Below, one piece after another: positions 51,083 through 61,945 of a DNA stretch of 64,000 nt. A program made the translations under genes and the position numbers. This stretch comes from Promethearchaeota archaeon (GTDB lineage Archaea; Asgardarchaeota; Lokiarchaeia; Sigyniarchaeales; SOKP01). Under the pieces are notes generated by a model. The model worked only from the letters and a program-made list of their open reading frames with translations. It was not told the origin of the DNA and did no database searches. The number at the start of each line of letters is the position of its first letter. Positions within the stretch are counted from its first letter, which is position 1. Location: the NCBI GenBank assembly GCA_019058365.1, contig JAHPZE010000004.1, forward strand, positions 32,001 through 96,000, read 5' to 3'.

Positions 51083-52171
51083 TTAAATTTTAGCAAATTC
51101 TACTAAATTAGTCTGTTTTACTTTATTGTTCCTATTAAAATTAGATAACTTAATTCCTAATAATCTAATCTTTTTTTTATTATCTTTAAAATCTTTATAT
51201 AAATCCAGTACAGTCTTTAAGGCAGTAGATTGATCCTGAATTGGAAGATCATATGATTTTGAGCGAGTGTAAGTTTCAAATCCAGTAAGTCGAATTTTTA
51301 AAGTTATTGTTCTATAAGAAATATGATGTTTAATAACAGATTTATGAATTTTATTATTAATATCCTCTAACTTTTTCATGATAACTGAAAAATCATTAGT
51401 ATCCTCATAAAAAGTTCTTTCTGCGCTTATAGATTTTCTTTCTTCAACAAATTCTTTTACTTTCCGATCATCTAAACCATTAGCAACTTTCCAGATCCAT
51501 CTTCCATGCTTTCCAAATAACTCAATCATAATTGGTAATTTTGTATTAATGATGTCACCAATCGTTTTAATGCCCTTTTTATAGAAATATACTTTTGTTT
51601 TCTTACCTATGCCTGGGATACGTGTAATATCCATGTCTTTTACAAAATCATGTATATTTTGAGGTTTTACTACAGTGATGCCATTAGGTTTATTTTCATC
51701 AGATGCAATTTTTGCTAAAGATTTTATAGGTGCAATGCCTATTGAGATAGTAATTCCAATTTTAGCTAAAATTTCTTTTTGAATTTCTTTTGCAATTTTT
51801 TCTGCTTCTACATAATCATTTGTGATATTTGTCAATTCTAGATATGCTTCATCTGTCCCTACTTTCTGGAATTCATCACTATAAGTTTCAAGGATATTCA
51901 TCACTTCCTTAGATACTTTATAATATTTTTCTCCATTTGGTCTTAAATAAATTCCATGAGGACATCTTTTGAAAGCTTGAGATATTGGCATCGCTGAATG
52001 TAAACCATATTCTCGTGCTTCATAATTACATGTTGCTATTACACCCCTTCCTTTACCTTCCTTTGGATCTGCTCCTATAATAACGGGTTTATTTTTATAT
52101 TGCGGGTTGTCTCTTATTTCTACAGCTGCAAAAAAACAATCAAGATCACAGTGCAAAATAATGCGATTCAT
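51083..52171 (-). CDS. dinB: DNA polymerase IV (Y family)
   Basis: HCDLDCFFAAVE, NYEAR.YG..SAM, TDEAY, AKIASD..KPNG, PGIG; C-terminal PIP-like QTNLVEF. Confidence 0.95.
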   Translation of the reverse strand: MNRIILHCDLDCFFAAVEIRDNPQYKNKPVIIGADPKEGKGRGVIATCNYEAREYGLHSAMPISQAFKRCPHGIYLRPNGEKYYKVSKEVMNILETYSDEFQKVGTDEAYLELTNITNDYVEAEKIAKEIQKEILAKIGITISIGIAPIKSLAKIASDENKPNGITVVKPQNIHDFVKDMDITRIPGIGKKTKVYFYKKGIKTIGDIINTKLPIMIELFGKHGRWIWKVANGLDDRKVKEFVEERKSISAERTFYEDTNDFSVIMKKLEDINNKIHKSVIKHHISYRTITLKIRLTGFETYTRSKSYDLPIQDQSTALKTVLDLYKDFKDNKKKIRLLGIKLSNFNRNNKVKQTNLVEFAKI

Positions 52172-52354
52172 TATATATCAAAGGAGGGTTATTTGATATT
52201 ATAAAATGGTTTACAATTTTGATATTCATTAATACTATTTAAAAAAATAGACTTCTAAGAATTATTAGAAATATTTCATTTATTGGATTTATACGGACTT
52301 TAATGAATTATATTTTCAAAATAAATTTTTAATTGAATTTTAATTATTTAATTT

Positions 52355-53029
52355 ATGGCATTGAACAAAGAAGATCAGATTCGTATGGAAGTTGTATGGG
52401 GAGCAAAAGCAATTTTCTCAAAGGGATTAGTGGAAGCTGGAGAAGGCAATGTGAGTGTGAGAAATGGTAAAAAAGAAGAATTATTTATCACCCCTTCATT
52501 TAATCAATACGACAGCCTTAAAAAAGAAGAAATTGTACATCTAAATTTTGAAGGGACTCCTCTAAGTGCTGGAAAATTACCCTCTACTGAAGTAAAGATG
52601 CATATTGCTATTTATAAATCAAGACCAAAAGTTCAAGCAGTAATTCATACTCATTCACCTTTTGCCACAATGCTCTCTGTTGTAAGAAAAGGTATTCCAA
52701 TAATAATGGAAGAGATGTTTATCTTTTTAGGTGGATCGGTTGATGTTTCTGAATTTGGAGAAGCCCATACAATAGAAATTGGTGAAGTAGCTCTAAATGC
52801 ATTAGGTAATAAGAATGCTGCTTTGTTAGCTAATCATGGACTTATTGTTTGTGGAAAATCTTTGGAACATGCTGTTAAGTTTGCTGAATTAGTAGAAAAA
52901 CTTGCAAATGTGTATTGGGGAGCCTTGCAAATAGGAGAACCAAATTTAATATCCAAAGAACATCTTGATCGATTTCAAAAACTCTTCGATAGTCTTTTTG
53001 CTAATTATCCCCGAAGAATGAAGAAATAA
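52355..53029 (+). CDS. Class II aldolase/adducin family protein (FucA-like)
   Basis: EGNVSVR, ITPS, PSTE..MH..IY, HTHS, LLANHG. Confidence 0.88.
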   Translation: MALNKEDQIRMEVVWGAKAIFSKGLVEAGEGNVSVRNGKKEELFITPSFNQYDSLKKEEIVHLNFEGTPLSAGKLPSTEVKMHIAIYKSRPKVQAVIHTHSPFATMLSVVRKGIPIIMEEMFIFLGGSVDVSEFGEAHTIEIGEVALNALGNKNAALLANHGLIVCGKSLEHAVKFAELVEKLANVYWGALQIGEPNLISKEHLDRFQKLFDSLFANYPRRMKK

Positions 53030-53062
53030 ATATAAAAAATTTACATTAATTAAAGGAAAAAT

Positions 53063-53893
53063 ATGGAATTAGGTATTAGTGCTTTAGGGCATGTAATTGA
53101 TTTAGCAGCAACACATAATTTTAAGAATCTTAAGGATTTACAACTTAAAGCTTCAATAGAATGCCTAAATTTTGCCGAGGAAAATGGAATAGAAATTGTT
53201 GAATTAGTAATAGATGTCCCTGATGTTTTTAATGATGAAAACAGGCAGGAATTCATAGAAATTGTGAACTCCTACAAAATAAAAAAACAAGTTCACGGTC
53301 CTTATGTTGATTTGAGTTTATGTTCTTATAATAACCGGATAATAGAAGCATCATTAGAATCATGTAGAGAAACAGGAAAGATATGTTATCAAATTGATGT
53401 TGAGATAATGACAATCCATCCAGGTTATGCAAACTTTATGTCAAACACTATTCGAGAAATTAATAAGAAGCAATTAAAATGGGCTATTCATGCATTATTA
53501 GACTCTATAGACATTCAGAAATTAAAGATTTGCTTAGAAAATATGCCTCAAGATGCTTATATTATGACAAATAGCAATAATATCGAAGAGATATTTAAAA
53601 CAATTAATCGAAATGATCTATTTATCACGTATGATACTAGCCATTTCTACACGTGTGATGGTGATGTGAAACGTTTATGGGCAAAGTTTCAAAAAATAAT
53701 AAAAAATGTCCATATTGTTGATAATTTCACTAAAATTTCTGATACACACCCAACTTTAGGTACTGGGAAGATTGATTTTAAAGAAATTATTGATGTAATG
53801 AAAAACCATTATTATGAAGGAGCATTAATTATTGAATTATCTTCCGCAAAATCATTAACTCAAAGTATTAATTTTATTAACAAGTTTTTATAA
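53063..53893 (+). CDS. Sugar phosphate isomerase/epimerase (AP endonuclease 2/xylose isomerase-like TIM barrel)
   Basis: VHGP, HPG, LENM, DTSH, HIVDN....D.H...G.G.ID, IIE. Confidence 0.82.
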   Translation: MELGISALGHVIDLAATHNFKNLKDLQLKASIECLNFAEENGIEIVELVIDVPDVFNDENRQEFIEIVNSYKIKKQVHGPYVDLSLCSYNNRIIEASLESCRETGKICYQIDVEIMTIHPGYANFMSNTIREINKKQLKWAIHALLDSIDIQKLKICLENMPQDAYIMTNSNNIEEIFKTINRNDLFITYDTSHFYTCDGDVKRLWAKFQKIIKNVHIVDNFTKISDTHPTLGTGKIDFKEIIDVMKNHYYEGALIIELSSAKSLTQSINFINKFL

Positions 53894-53936
53894 GTAATTT
53901 ATAATTTGAAAAAAAATCGAATTTTAAAGATATAAA

Positions 53937-54329
53937 ATGCCAATAATATCCTTGCAAGTTAGTGATGATTTGTTGGAAAGGTTTGAGAAAGTTCGAAATC
54001 TTAGTGGATTTAGTTCTAAAAGTGAAGCTTTAAGGGACTCTATTGTCAGTTTCATTGAAAATTATGAAAAGTTTGAAAATCTGGAAGGATATAAATTAAT
54101 GACTGTAAGTCTAGTGTATCCTTTTAAAGAAGTAATCATAGATCAAATAACCGAGTTATATTCTCGATATCATCAAACTATTAAAACAGTAACAGATTGG
54201 CGTATTGCAGAAAAAAAGATTGAACTGCTCTTGTTAGTGGGTGAATTTGGAATTATTAAAGATCTATATAAAGAATTAGCTAAAATTAAAGATGTAATCT
54301 GTTCCATCCGTGAAATAGTAATTGATTAA
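53937..54329 (+). CDS. NikR-like regulator (RHH + ACT-like domain)
   Basis: IISLQVSDDLL..FE......GF.SKSEALRD; C-terminal ACT-like domain without the His cluster. Confidence 0.75.
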   Translation: MPIISLQVSDDLLERFEKVRNLSGFSSKSEALRDSIVSFIENYEKFENLEGYKLMTVSLVYPFKEVIIDQITELYSRYHQTIKTVTDWRIAEKKIELLLLVGEFGIIKDLYKELAKIKDVICSIREIVID

Positions 54330-54338
54330 GAATAAGTT

Positions 54339-55193
54339 TTAATCAAAACGAAGCGAAAAATCTACTTGTTCAGAAGGAAATTGTGTTATTAAACCAGAAC
54401 TTATCACATCAGGTTCCGAGAGTAAATAATCCACAAAATTTTCTTGAGTTATCCCACCAGAAACTTCAACTATAACATTATCTCTAAGATTATGTTTCTT
54501 TAATAAATTAATTGCATCTTCCACCTGATCTGGGCTCATATTATCTAACATTATAATATCCGCTCCATTCTTTGCAGCTGTTAATACATCATTCACTTTT
54601 TCGATTTCTATCTCGATTTTTTTCGAAAAACTATTCCTCCTCTTGGCTTCTTTTAACAGTTTTTCAATATTTCCGTTGTAGTATCTTAAATGAGTATCTT
54701 TTAACAATACCATGTCATCAAGAGAGAATCTATGTACATCTGCTTGTCCTAGTTCTGCTGCTTTCTTCTCGAAAATACGAAATCCAGGTGTTGTCTTTCG
54801 AGTACAAGCGATTTTAACTTTCTTTCCAGAATTTTTAATTAATTTAACATATCTTCTCGCAGTAGTTGTGATTGCACTCATATGAGTAATCAAGTTTAAT
54901 CCTACTCTTTCTCCAAGCAGTATATCTCTTGTATTTCCTTTCAATTCAACAATAATATCTCCTTTATTAACTTCTGCTCCATCTTCTATTTTAAAAGTTG
55001 TGGAAATGTTTAAAAACTTATAAAGTAATTTTAATTCTTCTAATCCTGAAACATATCCAGCACTTTTTGTCAAAATCTTTGCTGAAGAGTTTGCATTCTC
55101 TGGAATAACTTTAGAACTCACATCAATAAACATGCAATCTTCCTGCAAAAACTCTCTAATTTTTTGCTCAATCACAATCTTATTATAGCTCAT
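54339..55193 (-). CDS. nadC: Nicotinate-nucleotide pyrophosphorylase (quinolinate phosphoribosyltransferase)
   Basis: ER..LN, TRKTTPG, HR..L.D..L.KD.H, IMLDNM, VSGGI. Confidence 0.92.
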   Translation of the reverse strand: MSYNKIVIEQKIREFLQEDCMFIDVSSKVIPENANSSAKILTKSAGYVSGLEELKLLYKFLNISTTFKIEDGAEVNKGDIIVELKGNTRDILLGERVGLNLITHMSAITTTARRYVKLIKNSGKKVKIACTRKTTPGFRIFEKKAAELGQADVHRFSLDDMVLLKDTHLRYYNGNIEKLLKEAKRRNSFSKKIEIEIEKVNDVLTAAKNGADIIMLDNMSPDQVEDAINLLKKHNLRDNVIVEVSGGITQENFVDYLLSEPDVISSGLITQFPSEQVDFSLRFD

Positions 55194-55248
55194 ATTTCGC
55201 ACATTCGTGTATAGTATTATTATTATAGTTTAAAAATTAATTAAAATT

Positions 55249-55887
55249 ATGGTTGAAAAAGAAATATTATTCATTAATAATAATGGATTAATACTTGAAG
55301 CTGAATATTATGAATCAAAATCCAGCCAAAAGAATCCAGTAGTTCTAATTTGTCACCCTCATCCCCAATATGGTGGCAACATGCATAATAATGTCGTGTC
55401 TGGAGTGTTTAATAAATTAGTTAAAAACACAGTTCCTTGTTTACGATTTAACTTTAGAGGTGTTGGAAGATCAACAGGAAAATTCTCTGACGGAACAGGT
55501 GAACTGCATGATGTTAAAGCTTGTATTGATTTTTTAATAAAGGATAAAAATTGTGAGAGATTGATTATATGCGGTTATTCTTACGGCGCTGCAATAGGGT
55601 GTTCAATAATCAATTACTCAGATAAGATTATTGGTTATATTGCTATATCATTTCCTTTTGACTTTATAGGATCTAAATTTAGGGATCTCTCTCAGTCTCG
55701 CAAACCAAAATTATTTATTCAAGGTAACCAAGATACGATTGCCTTTTATAAAAAATTTGAGGAGAATTATAGCTTTTATCATGATCCAAAAAGAAAAAAA
55801 ATTATTTATGGAGCAGATCATTTTTATTGGAATTATGAAGATCAAGTAGCTGATGAAGTATTAAAATTTTATAATGATTTCATTTAA
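55249..55887 (+). CDS. Alpha/beta hydrolase
   Basis: CHPHP.YGG.M.N, RFNFRGVG.S, GYSYG nucleophile elbow, GADHF. Confidence 0.88.
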   Translation: MVEKEILFINNNGLILEAEYYESKSSQKNPVVLICHPHPQYGGNMHNNVVSGVFNKLVKNTVPCLRFNFRGVGRSTGKFSDGTGELHDVKACIDFLIKDKNCERLIICGYSYGAAIGCSIINYSDKIIGYIAISFPFDFIGSKFRDLSQSRKPKLFIQGNQDTIAFYKKFEENYSFYHDPKRKKIIYGADHFYWNYEDQVADEVLKFYNDFI

Positions 55888-55953
55888 GAAATCGCTAACA
55901 GAAAAAATATAAACGCAGATATTAATAAAAAAGAAAAAGCAAGGAAAAAAGAA

Positions 55954-56352
55954 TTATAAACTTGAAAGTTTTTCTAAATCTGCTTGCGAATTTTCAACTG
56001 CCCAATCAAGGAGTTGATCAAGATAACGCTCTACATCATCACTTTCGGGAGATTTTGTTAAAACTGCTAAAAGGAACTGATTTTTATTATCAGGCATGAT
56101 TATATTTCTCATGATAATATAATCATGTTTATATTTAATTTTCATACTTTGAATCTCAGATAATTCTAGTTCCTCTGCCGCTTTATAGGCAGAATCACTC
56201 AATAGTGAACCCATGGCAGCTATTACGCGTTCATCGATCTTCTCCTCTTTTTGGGATGCTAAAACTAATCCTGTTGATGTTGCAAAAAGCGATGCTCGAA
56301 AATTACCATTTTCATTTAGTTCCTTAAGTACTAAATCAAGCCTACTTACCAA
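55954..56352 (-). CDS. Roadblock/LC7 domain protein
   Basis: L..L.......ASL.....GLVLAS.....DE..IAAM...L......A..EL pattern. Confidence 0.78.
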   Translation of the reverse strand: MVSRLDLVLKELNENGNFRASLFATSTGLVLASQKEEKIDERVIAAMGSLLSDSAYKAAEELELSEIQSMKIKYKHDYIIMRNIIMPDNKNQFLLAVLTKSPESDDVERYLDQLLDWAVENSQADLEKLSSL

Positions 56353-56603
56353 ATCTACACACTCTCTCTACAGATTATTTTGATGCTCTCTTAAACAAAA
56401 ACAAATAGTATTATTTTAATTTATTTATATCTAAAACTCATACTTAAAATTTCCTTGTATTATTAATATGAGTTAATTAATATTTAAAATTATTCAATGC
56501 GGATTTTAAATCATTAGTTAATATTTTGCAGATACCCTAAAATGATTATCTAAATATTTAATCCTAATATAATCAATGTAAACTTCAAAATATCCATCAG
56601 AGT

Positions 56604-57122
56604 TTACAGTTTAAGGTTGATAATAAAGGTTGATAAAATATCATTCTCATCAATATTTAACGTAATTACACTTGGTCTTGCAATAGGCTTTATAAAACCA
56701 GGTCTTTCTATAGGAGCTTTAGGCATTGTTGGGGAACCTGGGTTTAAAAGAAGCACATTGAAGTGTGTTCCTTTAATTAGGGGTTGATGAGTATGCCCAA
56801 AAATTAAAATTTGTATATCCTGCTTTTTAACAAAATCTTCAACATTATCAGGTAAAATATGGATTATTCCAATATTATATCGCCCTATAGAAAATTTAGT
56901 AAAAAGATCTAAATTTTTGATATTGTCAAAATTCCCTTTTACACATCTTGTTGGAGCAATCTCCTTGACCATATTTAAAAAAAAATTCTCACATATATCT
57001 CCTGCATGGATAATCTCATCAACATCTTTAAATGCTAGTTTTAACTGATTAATCAAAGCATTAACTTTATCTTTTTCATAATTAATTGTAATATGTGTAT
57101 CAGAGAGAATACCCAACTTCAA
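56604..57122 (-). CDS. Metallophosphoesterase, YfcE/MJ0936/Vps29 family
   Basis: SDTH, HAGD, GN.D, FGHTH, NPGS. Confidence 0.88.
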   Translation of the reverse strand: MKLGILSDTHITINYEKDKVNALINQLKLAFKDVDEIIHAGDICENFFLNMVKEIAPTRCVKGNFDNIKNLDLFTKFSIGRYNIGIIHILPDNVEDFVKKQDIQILIFGHTHQPLIKGTHFNVLLLNPGSPTMPKAPIERPGFIKPIARPSVITLNIDENDILSTFIINLKL

Positions 57123-57136
57123 TACATAACACCTCT

Positions 57137-58210
57137 CTATATCGCGATTATAAAACCCATTATAAAGATAATTAATCCAATGATAATATCAAAAAATATA
57201 CGAAAAATTACATCTCCTTTTGTTTTTTCAATCGGATGGTCTTGTTTAAAATATGTTCCTAACATTTTAAATCCTAATAATAGACTATCTTTAATCAATG
57301 GATAAAACCATACAAATAAACAAAACCCGATAATAAGTAAAGGATAATATACATAAAGGGCTACTAGTGTAAAGCTACTTCCTTGCCAATAACTCCAAAC
57401 TACATGCGCAGAGATTATATTATTTATAGTATGAGCCATTATAACGGGAAAGAGCCATTTTCGTCTTAATACTACTAAGGAAAGTATTATCCCAATTACA
57501 AAAGCTTGTAAAAACCAAATAAATGGATACCAAATTGGATATGATCTACTTAATGGGTCGAGGATATAGGCTAAATGTCCTAATCCCCAATAAAGTGCGG
57601 AAATCATCACTGCAGATAGACTAAAAAAATGTTCACTCCCTCTTTTAGTTAATAGACCTCTAGAGACACTTTCTTCAGCAAAAGCTATTGAAAACTGAAT
57701 TATGATTACAGAAATCAAAAACACAAAATAACTGTTAGATAACAAATATGCATTTGTTGCATTAAAAACAAGCGAAACTGCTTGATATTCGATCATTTTA
57801 GGTATTAGAAGATAAGTAAAAAAATCAATTGGCAAGAAAACTAGAAAGAAAATCAAGATCCCATATAGAATCTGATATTTATAGTTCTTTTTTGTCATTT
57901 TAAATAATTTTAAGTATCCCCTTGCGGGTGAAATATCTTCTGTAATTATAATATTTCTTTTTTGGGATTCGAATACTAAATTAGAAAGAGGAAATATTAG
58001 GGGTATTCCAATAAATACCAATATTGCTCTTATTGAATAGGAAAGTATGCCGTAAAGGGGAGATCCTTTATCTACTATTAAAGGAATTAAGAAAAGTGGT
58101 ATAAGTAAAAATATGAATATTAAAATGAATGCCCATACAATTTCTTGATAAAAAAATCGAAATCTTTTTAGAGCTATTTCTTTCTTTCTACTTTTATCCA
58201 ATCTTACCAT
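57137..58210 (-). CDS. CPBP/Abi family intramembrane metalloprotease
   Basis: EESVSRG, W.L.H and H...N motifs within a multi-TM protein. Confidence 0.82.
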   Translation of the reverse strand: MVRLDKSRKKEIALKRFRFFYQEIVWAFILIFIFLLIPLFLIPLIVDKGSPLYGILSYSIRAILVFIGIPLIFPLSNLVFESQKRNIIITEDISPARGYLKLFKMTKKNYKYQILYGILIFFLVFLPIDFFTYLLIPKMIEYQAVSLVFNATNAYLLSNSYFVFLISVIIIQFSIAFAEESVSRGLLTKRGSEHFFSLSAVMISALYWGLGHLAYILDPLSRSYPIWYPFIWFLQAFVIGIILSLVVLRRKWLFPVIMAHTINNIISAHVVWSYWQGSSFTLVALYVYYPLLIIGFCLFVWFYPLIKDSLLLGFKMLGTYFKQDHPIEKTKGDVIFRIFFDIIIGLIIFIMGFIIAI

Positions 58211-58273
58211 TTATAATAACCTAAATTCTATGGATAAAAAATTATTGAATCCAGAAATTATAAATTTTGTTAT

Positions 58274-59236
58274 TTAACGATTTAATGATTTGATTCTTAA
58301 TTCATCAGCAGTAGGAATACCGTTTCTAGCTCCTAATTCTTGGATACATTTTCCCGCTATAAAATTTCCTATCATTACATCAGATTTGAGATCTTCAAAC
58401 TTAAAACTAGTGTTTCTAATAAATCCATATATGAATCCTGCGGAAAAAGCATCTCCTGCTCCTGTGGTATCAATAACTTGATTGATATGCATTGGTTTAA
58501 TTATTTCAGATTTTTCAGAATTTAGAATTATAGCTCCTTTTTTTCCTCTTGTGACTATTATTACTTTAATTCCTAATTTGAAGAGTAATTTTGCGTTATC
58601 TTCAATTATACGTTCATTTAAATTCCTATCTCCTATATGAAAAAGGCTCTGAAATTCCCTTCTTGAAATTATTAAAATGTCAGTATTGAAAAAAAGTTCT
58701 TTTATTTTATCAAACCCTTGTTCAATTATTAACATTCCAGGATTAAATATAATTGGTATATTATTATTCTTGGCAATTTTAGCCGCTTTTTTAAATGGGT
58801 CTAAGTTTCTTAAACTACTCAAGAAAATTGTTTTTGTTTTAACTAGATCCTCAGGATTTATATCATCCGATGAAAGAGCATTCGCAGCTCCGCTATATGC
58901 ATAAATTCTTCGCTCTCCTTTTTCATTTATAGCCACATATGCTGATCCTGTTATTTTTTCTTTCGAATATTTCATTAAAGTTGTATCCAGTGGCACTTCC
59001 TTAAAATCCTTCATAATTTTATTTCCAAATTCATCATTATATCCTAATTTTCCAATAAATGCTGTTTTTAAGCCCAATTTTGAACAAGCATAAGCAGTAT
59101 TAGCAGCAGCCCCTCCGGATAATAATTGCAAATCTGAAACAAAAACTTCATCATCATCTAAAGGGTGTCTTTCAATTTTAGCGATTATATCAACAAGAGC
59201 GGCACCAATACAAATTACATCTAATTCTTTTATCAT
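58274..59236 (-). CDS. PfkB-family carbohydrate/nucleoside kinase
   Basis: GGAAANTA, DTTGAGDAFSAG. Confidence 0.9.
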   Translation of the reverse strand: MIKELDVICIGAALVDIIAKIERHPLDDDEVFVSDLQLLSGGAAANTAYACSKLGLKTAFIGKLGYNDEFGNKIMKDFKEVPLDTTLMKYSKEKITGSAYVAINEKGERRIYAYSGAANALSSDDINPEDLVKTKTIFLSSLRNLDPFKKAAKIAKNNNIPIIFNPGMLIIEQGFDKIKELFFNTDILIISRREFQSLFHIGDRNLNERIIEDNAKLLFKLGIKVIIVTRGKKGAIILNSEKSEIIKPMHINQVIDTTGAGDAFSAGFIYGFIRNTSFKFEDLKSDVMIGNFIAGKCIQELGARNGIPTADELRIKSLNR

Positions 59237-59248
59237 TTACTTAGACTC

Positions 59249-60436
59249 CTAATCGTAAGTAAAAGAACCGAATTCTGATTTAATTTCTAGTATGTTTTTA
59301 TCTTGTATTGGAGATTTCTCACAATATCCAATTATTTTGGAATCTATTTTATATTTTTTCGCGATATTAATTATTTCTGGTGCTAGATCTTTTTTACATA
59401 ATAATTCCATTCTGTGACCCATATTGAAAACACTGAACATCTCTTTCCATTGAGTTTCAGATGATCTTTTAATTAATTCAAATATTTTAGGAATTGTAAA
59501 AAAATTATTTTTAATATATTTAATATTTTTACCAAATTTTAGAATTTTAGTTTGTCCTCCACCAGTATTATGTATGATTCCATGAATTTCTTTCCTATAT
59601 TTTTTTAAAATATTTATCACAACTGGAGCATATGTTCTCGTTGGAGATAATAGGGCTTTACCAATATTCAAATTAAACTCATCCATCATATCTGTTAATT
59701 TATAATTACCGAAGAATACAAATTTCTCATCAGTATTTTGATCATAACATTCGGGATATTTTTTATAATATTCATGCAAAAGAATGCCATGTCTGGCTAA
59801 TGTTAACCCATTACTTCCAATTCCACTATTATATTCTTCTTCGTAAGAAGCTCTTCCATAGCTAGCCAAACCTATGATAACATCATCAGGTTTAATATTA
59901 CTTGCATCAATAATATCTTCTCTTTTCATAGTTGTGAAAGCAGAAGCGTCAACTGCTAATGTTTTAACAATATCACCTATATCAGCAGTTTCACCGCCAC
60001 ACATTTTAACATTTAAGCCCAGGGACCTCAATTTTTCACTATAATCGTAATATTCCTTAATAATAGTCTCGATGACGTTTGCTTTTATAAATTGACTATT
60101 CCTTCCAAGATTATTAGAAAAGAAAATATTACCTGTTGCTCCTACACATAAAAAATCATCAAGATTCATAACCATAGCATCCCTTACAATACCTCTAAAA
60201 ACTGAAATATCCCCTGTTTCTCTATAATACATATAAGCTAAACTTGCTTTTGTACCCGCTCCATCAGAATGAAAAATTGAGCAGTATTTTTCTCGATTAT
60301 CTATATCCTCTATGATTTTACAAAATGCTCCTGGATATAAACCTTTATCTATTGATTTTAAAGCCTTATGAACATCTTCTTTTTTAGATGAAACTCCTAA
60401 CTTTTTATATAAATTGTTATTTTCAGCCATTTTCAA
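59249..60436 (-). CDS. purM: Phosphoribosylaminoimidazole (AIR) synthase
   Basis: Y..LGVS..KEDVH, DGAGTK, MN.DD, GGETAD, SNGLTLARH, L.PTRTY, H.TGGG, FNMGHR. Confidence 0.9.
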   Translation of the reverse strand: MKMAENNNLYKKLGVSSKKEDVHKALKSIDKGLYPGAFCKIIEDIDNREKYCSIFHSDGAGTKASLAYMYYRETGDISVFRGIVRDAMVMNLDDFLCVGATGNIFFSNNLGRNSQFIKANVIETIIKEYYDYSEKLRSLGLNVKMCGGETADIGDIVKTLAVDASAFTTMKREDIIDASNIKPDDVIIGLASYGRASYEEEYNSGIGSNGLTLARHGILLHEYYKKYPECYDQNTDEKFVFFGNYKLTDMMDEFNLNIGKALLSPTRTYAPVVINILKKYRKEIHGIIHNTGGGQTKILKFGKNIKYIKNNFFTIPKIFELIKRSSETQWKEMFSVFNMGHRMELLCKKDLAPEIINIAKKYKIDSKIIGYCEKSPIQDKNILEIKSEFGSFTYD

Positions 60437-60439
60437 AAT

Positions 60440-61798
60440 TTAAAACTTATACTTTCTTTTTAGAGTTTTTATTAAATTATCGATTTGATCAACAGCTTTA
60501 CCAATATATTTGTGAGGATCAAACAAATCATCTAATTCTTCTTTTGAGAACTTTTCTTTAATTTTTTGGTTTTTAATTAACATATCTTTCATGTATAATT
60601 CTTCTTTCCGGGCTTTTATCGAGGCTTGTCTTAATATTTCATGACCTTCTTGTCTTCCTATACCTCGCTTAACTAATTGAACCATAACTTTTTCAGTAAG
60701 ACAAGCACCCTTCGTAAGGTTAAGGTTTTCCTCAATTTTTATTTCATTAAATTCTAGTCCTTTTAAATTTTGACTTAATTGACTTATCATATAATCTAAA
60801 AGTATGAAATTTTCAGCGAAAATTACTCTCTCAGATGCAGAATTCGTCATATCTCTTTCATCTTCTAAGATTATGTTATCTAATGCGACATTAACATTAG
60901 ATTTTAGAATTCTCGCCAAACTGCAAATTCTTTCGGATTTATGTGGGTTTCTTTTATGTGGCATAGTCGAACTTCCAACTTGTGTTTTCTTAAATGGTTC
61001 AAACATCTCTGAAATTTCAGTTTTTTGTAGAATTCTGTTTTCTGTTGCGATTTTAGCTAATGTTTGCCCAATTAAAGCTGTTAAAAAGATGACTTCTGCA
61101 TGCCTATCTCTTTGTATGACTTGATTTGCTATAAGCACGGGATTTAAATCAATCTTGTTCATTAAATTTTTTTGAATAATTATACCTTTTTCATTAAAAC
61201 TAGCCATTGTTCCAACAGCACCTGACATTTTCCCGAAAGATATTCGATTTCGGATTTCAGAAACCCTATCAAGATGTCTACTTATTTCATATGCCCATAC
61301 ACCAAATCTCATGCCATAAGTGGTAGGGATTGCGTGTTGACCATGTGTTCTACCTATGCAAATCAGATTTTTTTTTTCTTCTGTTATTCTTAGTAAAATT
61401 TTTAATAAATCTAATAGAGAATCATAAAGATAATTCAATGCTTCTCTTAATTGTAGCGCAGTAGCGGTATCCTCAATATCATAGCTTGTAGCACCAAGAT
61501 GAACATATTTACCAGCATTATCTTCACACTGTTCTGCCAAACTCTTAACCATTGCCATCAAATCATGATGAATTTCTTTATCAATTTCTTTAACTCTTTT
61601 TAATTTTACATAATCTAAATTTGCTTTTTTGGTAATTTCATCTGCGGCATTTTGTGGAATGGTCCCTAATTCAGCATGAACTTGTGCTAATGCGGCTTCA
61701 ACCTTTAACCAATTTTCTAATTTTTTTTCTTCTGTAAAAATATTAGCCATTTCAGTTCGATATCGCGTTTCTATTGGATGAATAAATTTATGATCCAT
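60440..61798 (-). CDS. purB: Adenylosuccinate lyase
   Basis: HLGATSYD, GRTHGQHA, SGAVG, GSSTMPHKRNP. Confidence 0.95.
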   Translation of the reverse strand: MDHKFIHPIETRYRTEMANIFTEEKKLENWLKVEAALAQVHAELGTIPQNAADEITKKANLDYVKLKRVKEIDKEIHHDLMAMVKSLAEQCEDNAGKYVHLGATSYDIEDTATALQLREALNYLYDSLLDLLKILLRITEEKKNLICIGRTHGQHAIPTTYGMRFGVWAYEISRHLDRVSEIRNRISFGKMSGAVGTMASFNEKGIIIQKNLMNKIDLNPVLIANQVIQRDRHAEVIFLTALIGQTLAKIATENRILQKTEISEMFEPFKKTQVGSSTMPHKRNPHKSERICSLARILKSNVNVALDNIILEDERDMTNSASERVIFAENFILLDYMISQLSQNLKGLEFNEIKIEENLNLTKGACLTEKVMVQLVKRGIGRQEGHEILRQASIKARKEELYMKDMLIKNQKIKEKFSKEELDDLFDPHKYIGKAVDQIDNLIKTLKRKYKF

Positions 61799-61945
61799 GA
61801 TTCTTTCTCTTTTTTATTTAGTCTTAATTAAAATAATGAAACATCAGAAAATATATCTTATTTAATTGAAGATATTAATCTTAAAATATCACAATCTAAA
61901 AATCAGAAATCTTTATCGCCATAATATGTTAAATTTTAATTTACT

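Noticed and set aside
5250-61124. Short antisense or overlapping ORFs from the ORF track (e.g. 5250-5444, 10076-10327, 24962-25222, 30103-30540, 35690-36061, 45573-45755, 60804-61124)
   Set aside because: They are shadows of well-supported genes or pseudogenes on the opposite strand and carry no motifs.
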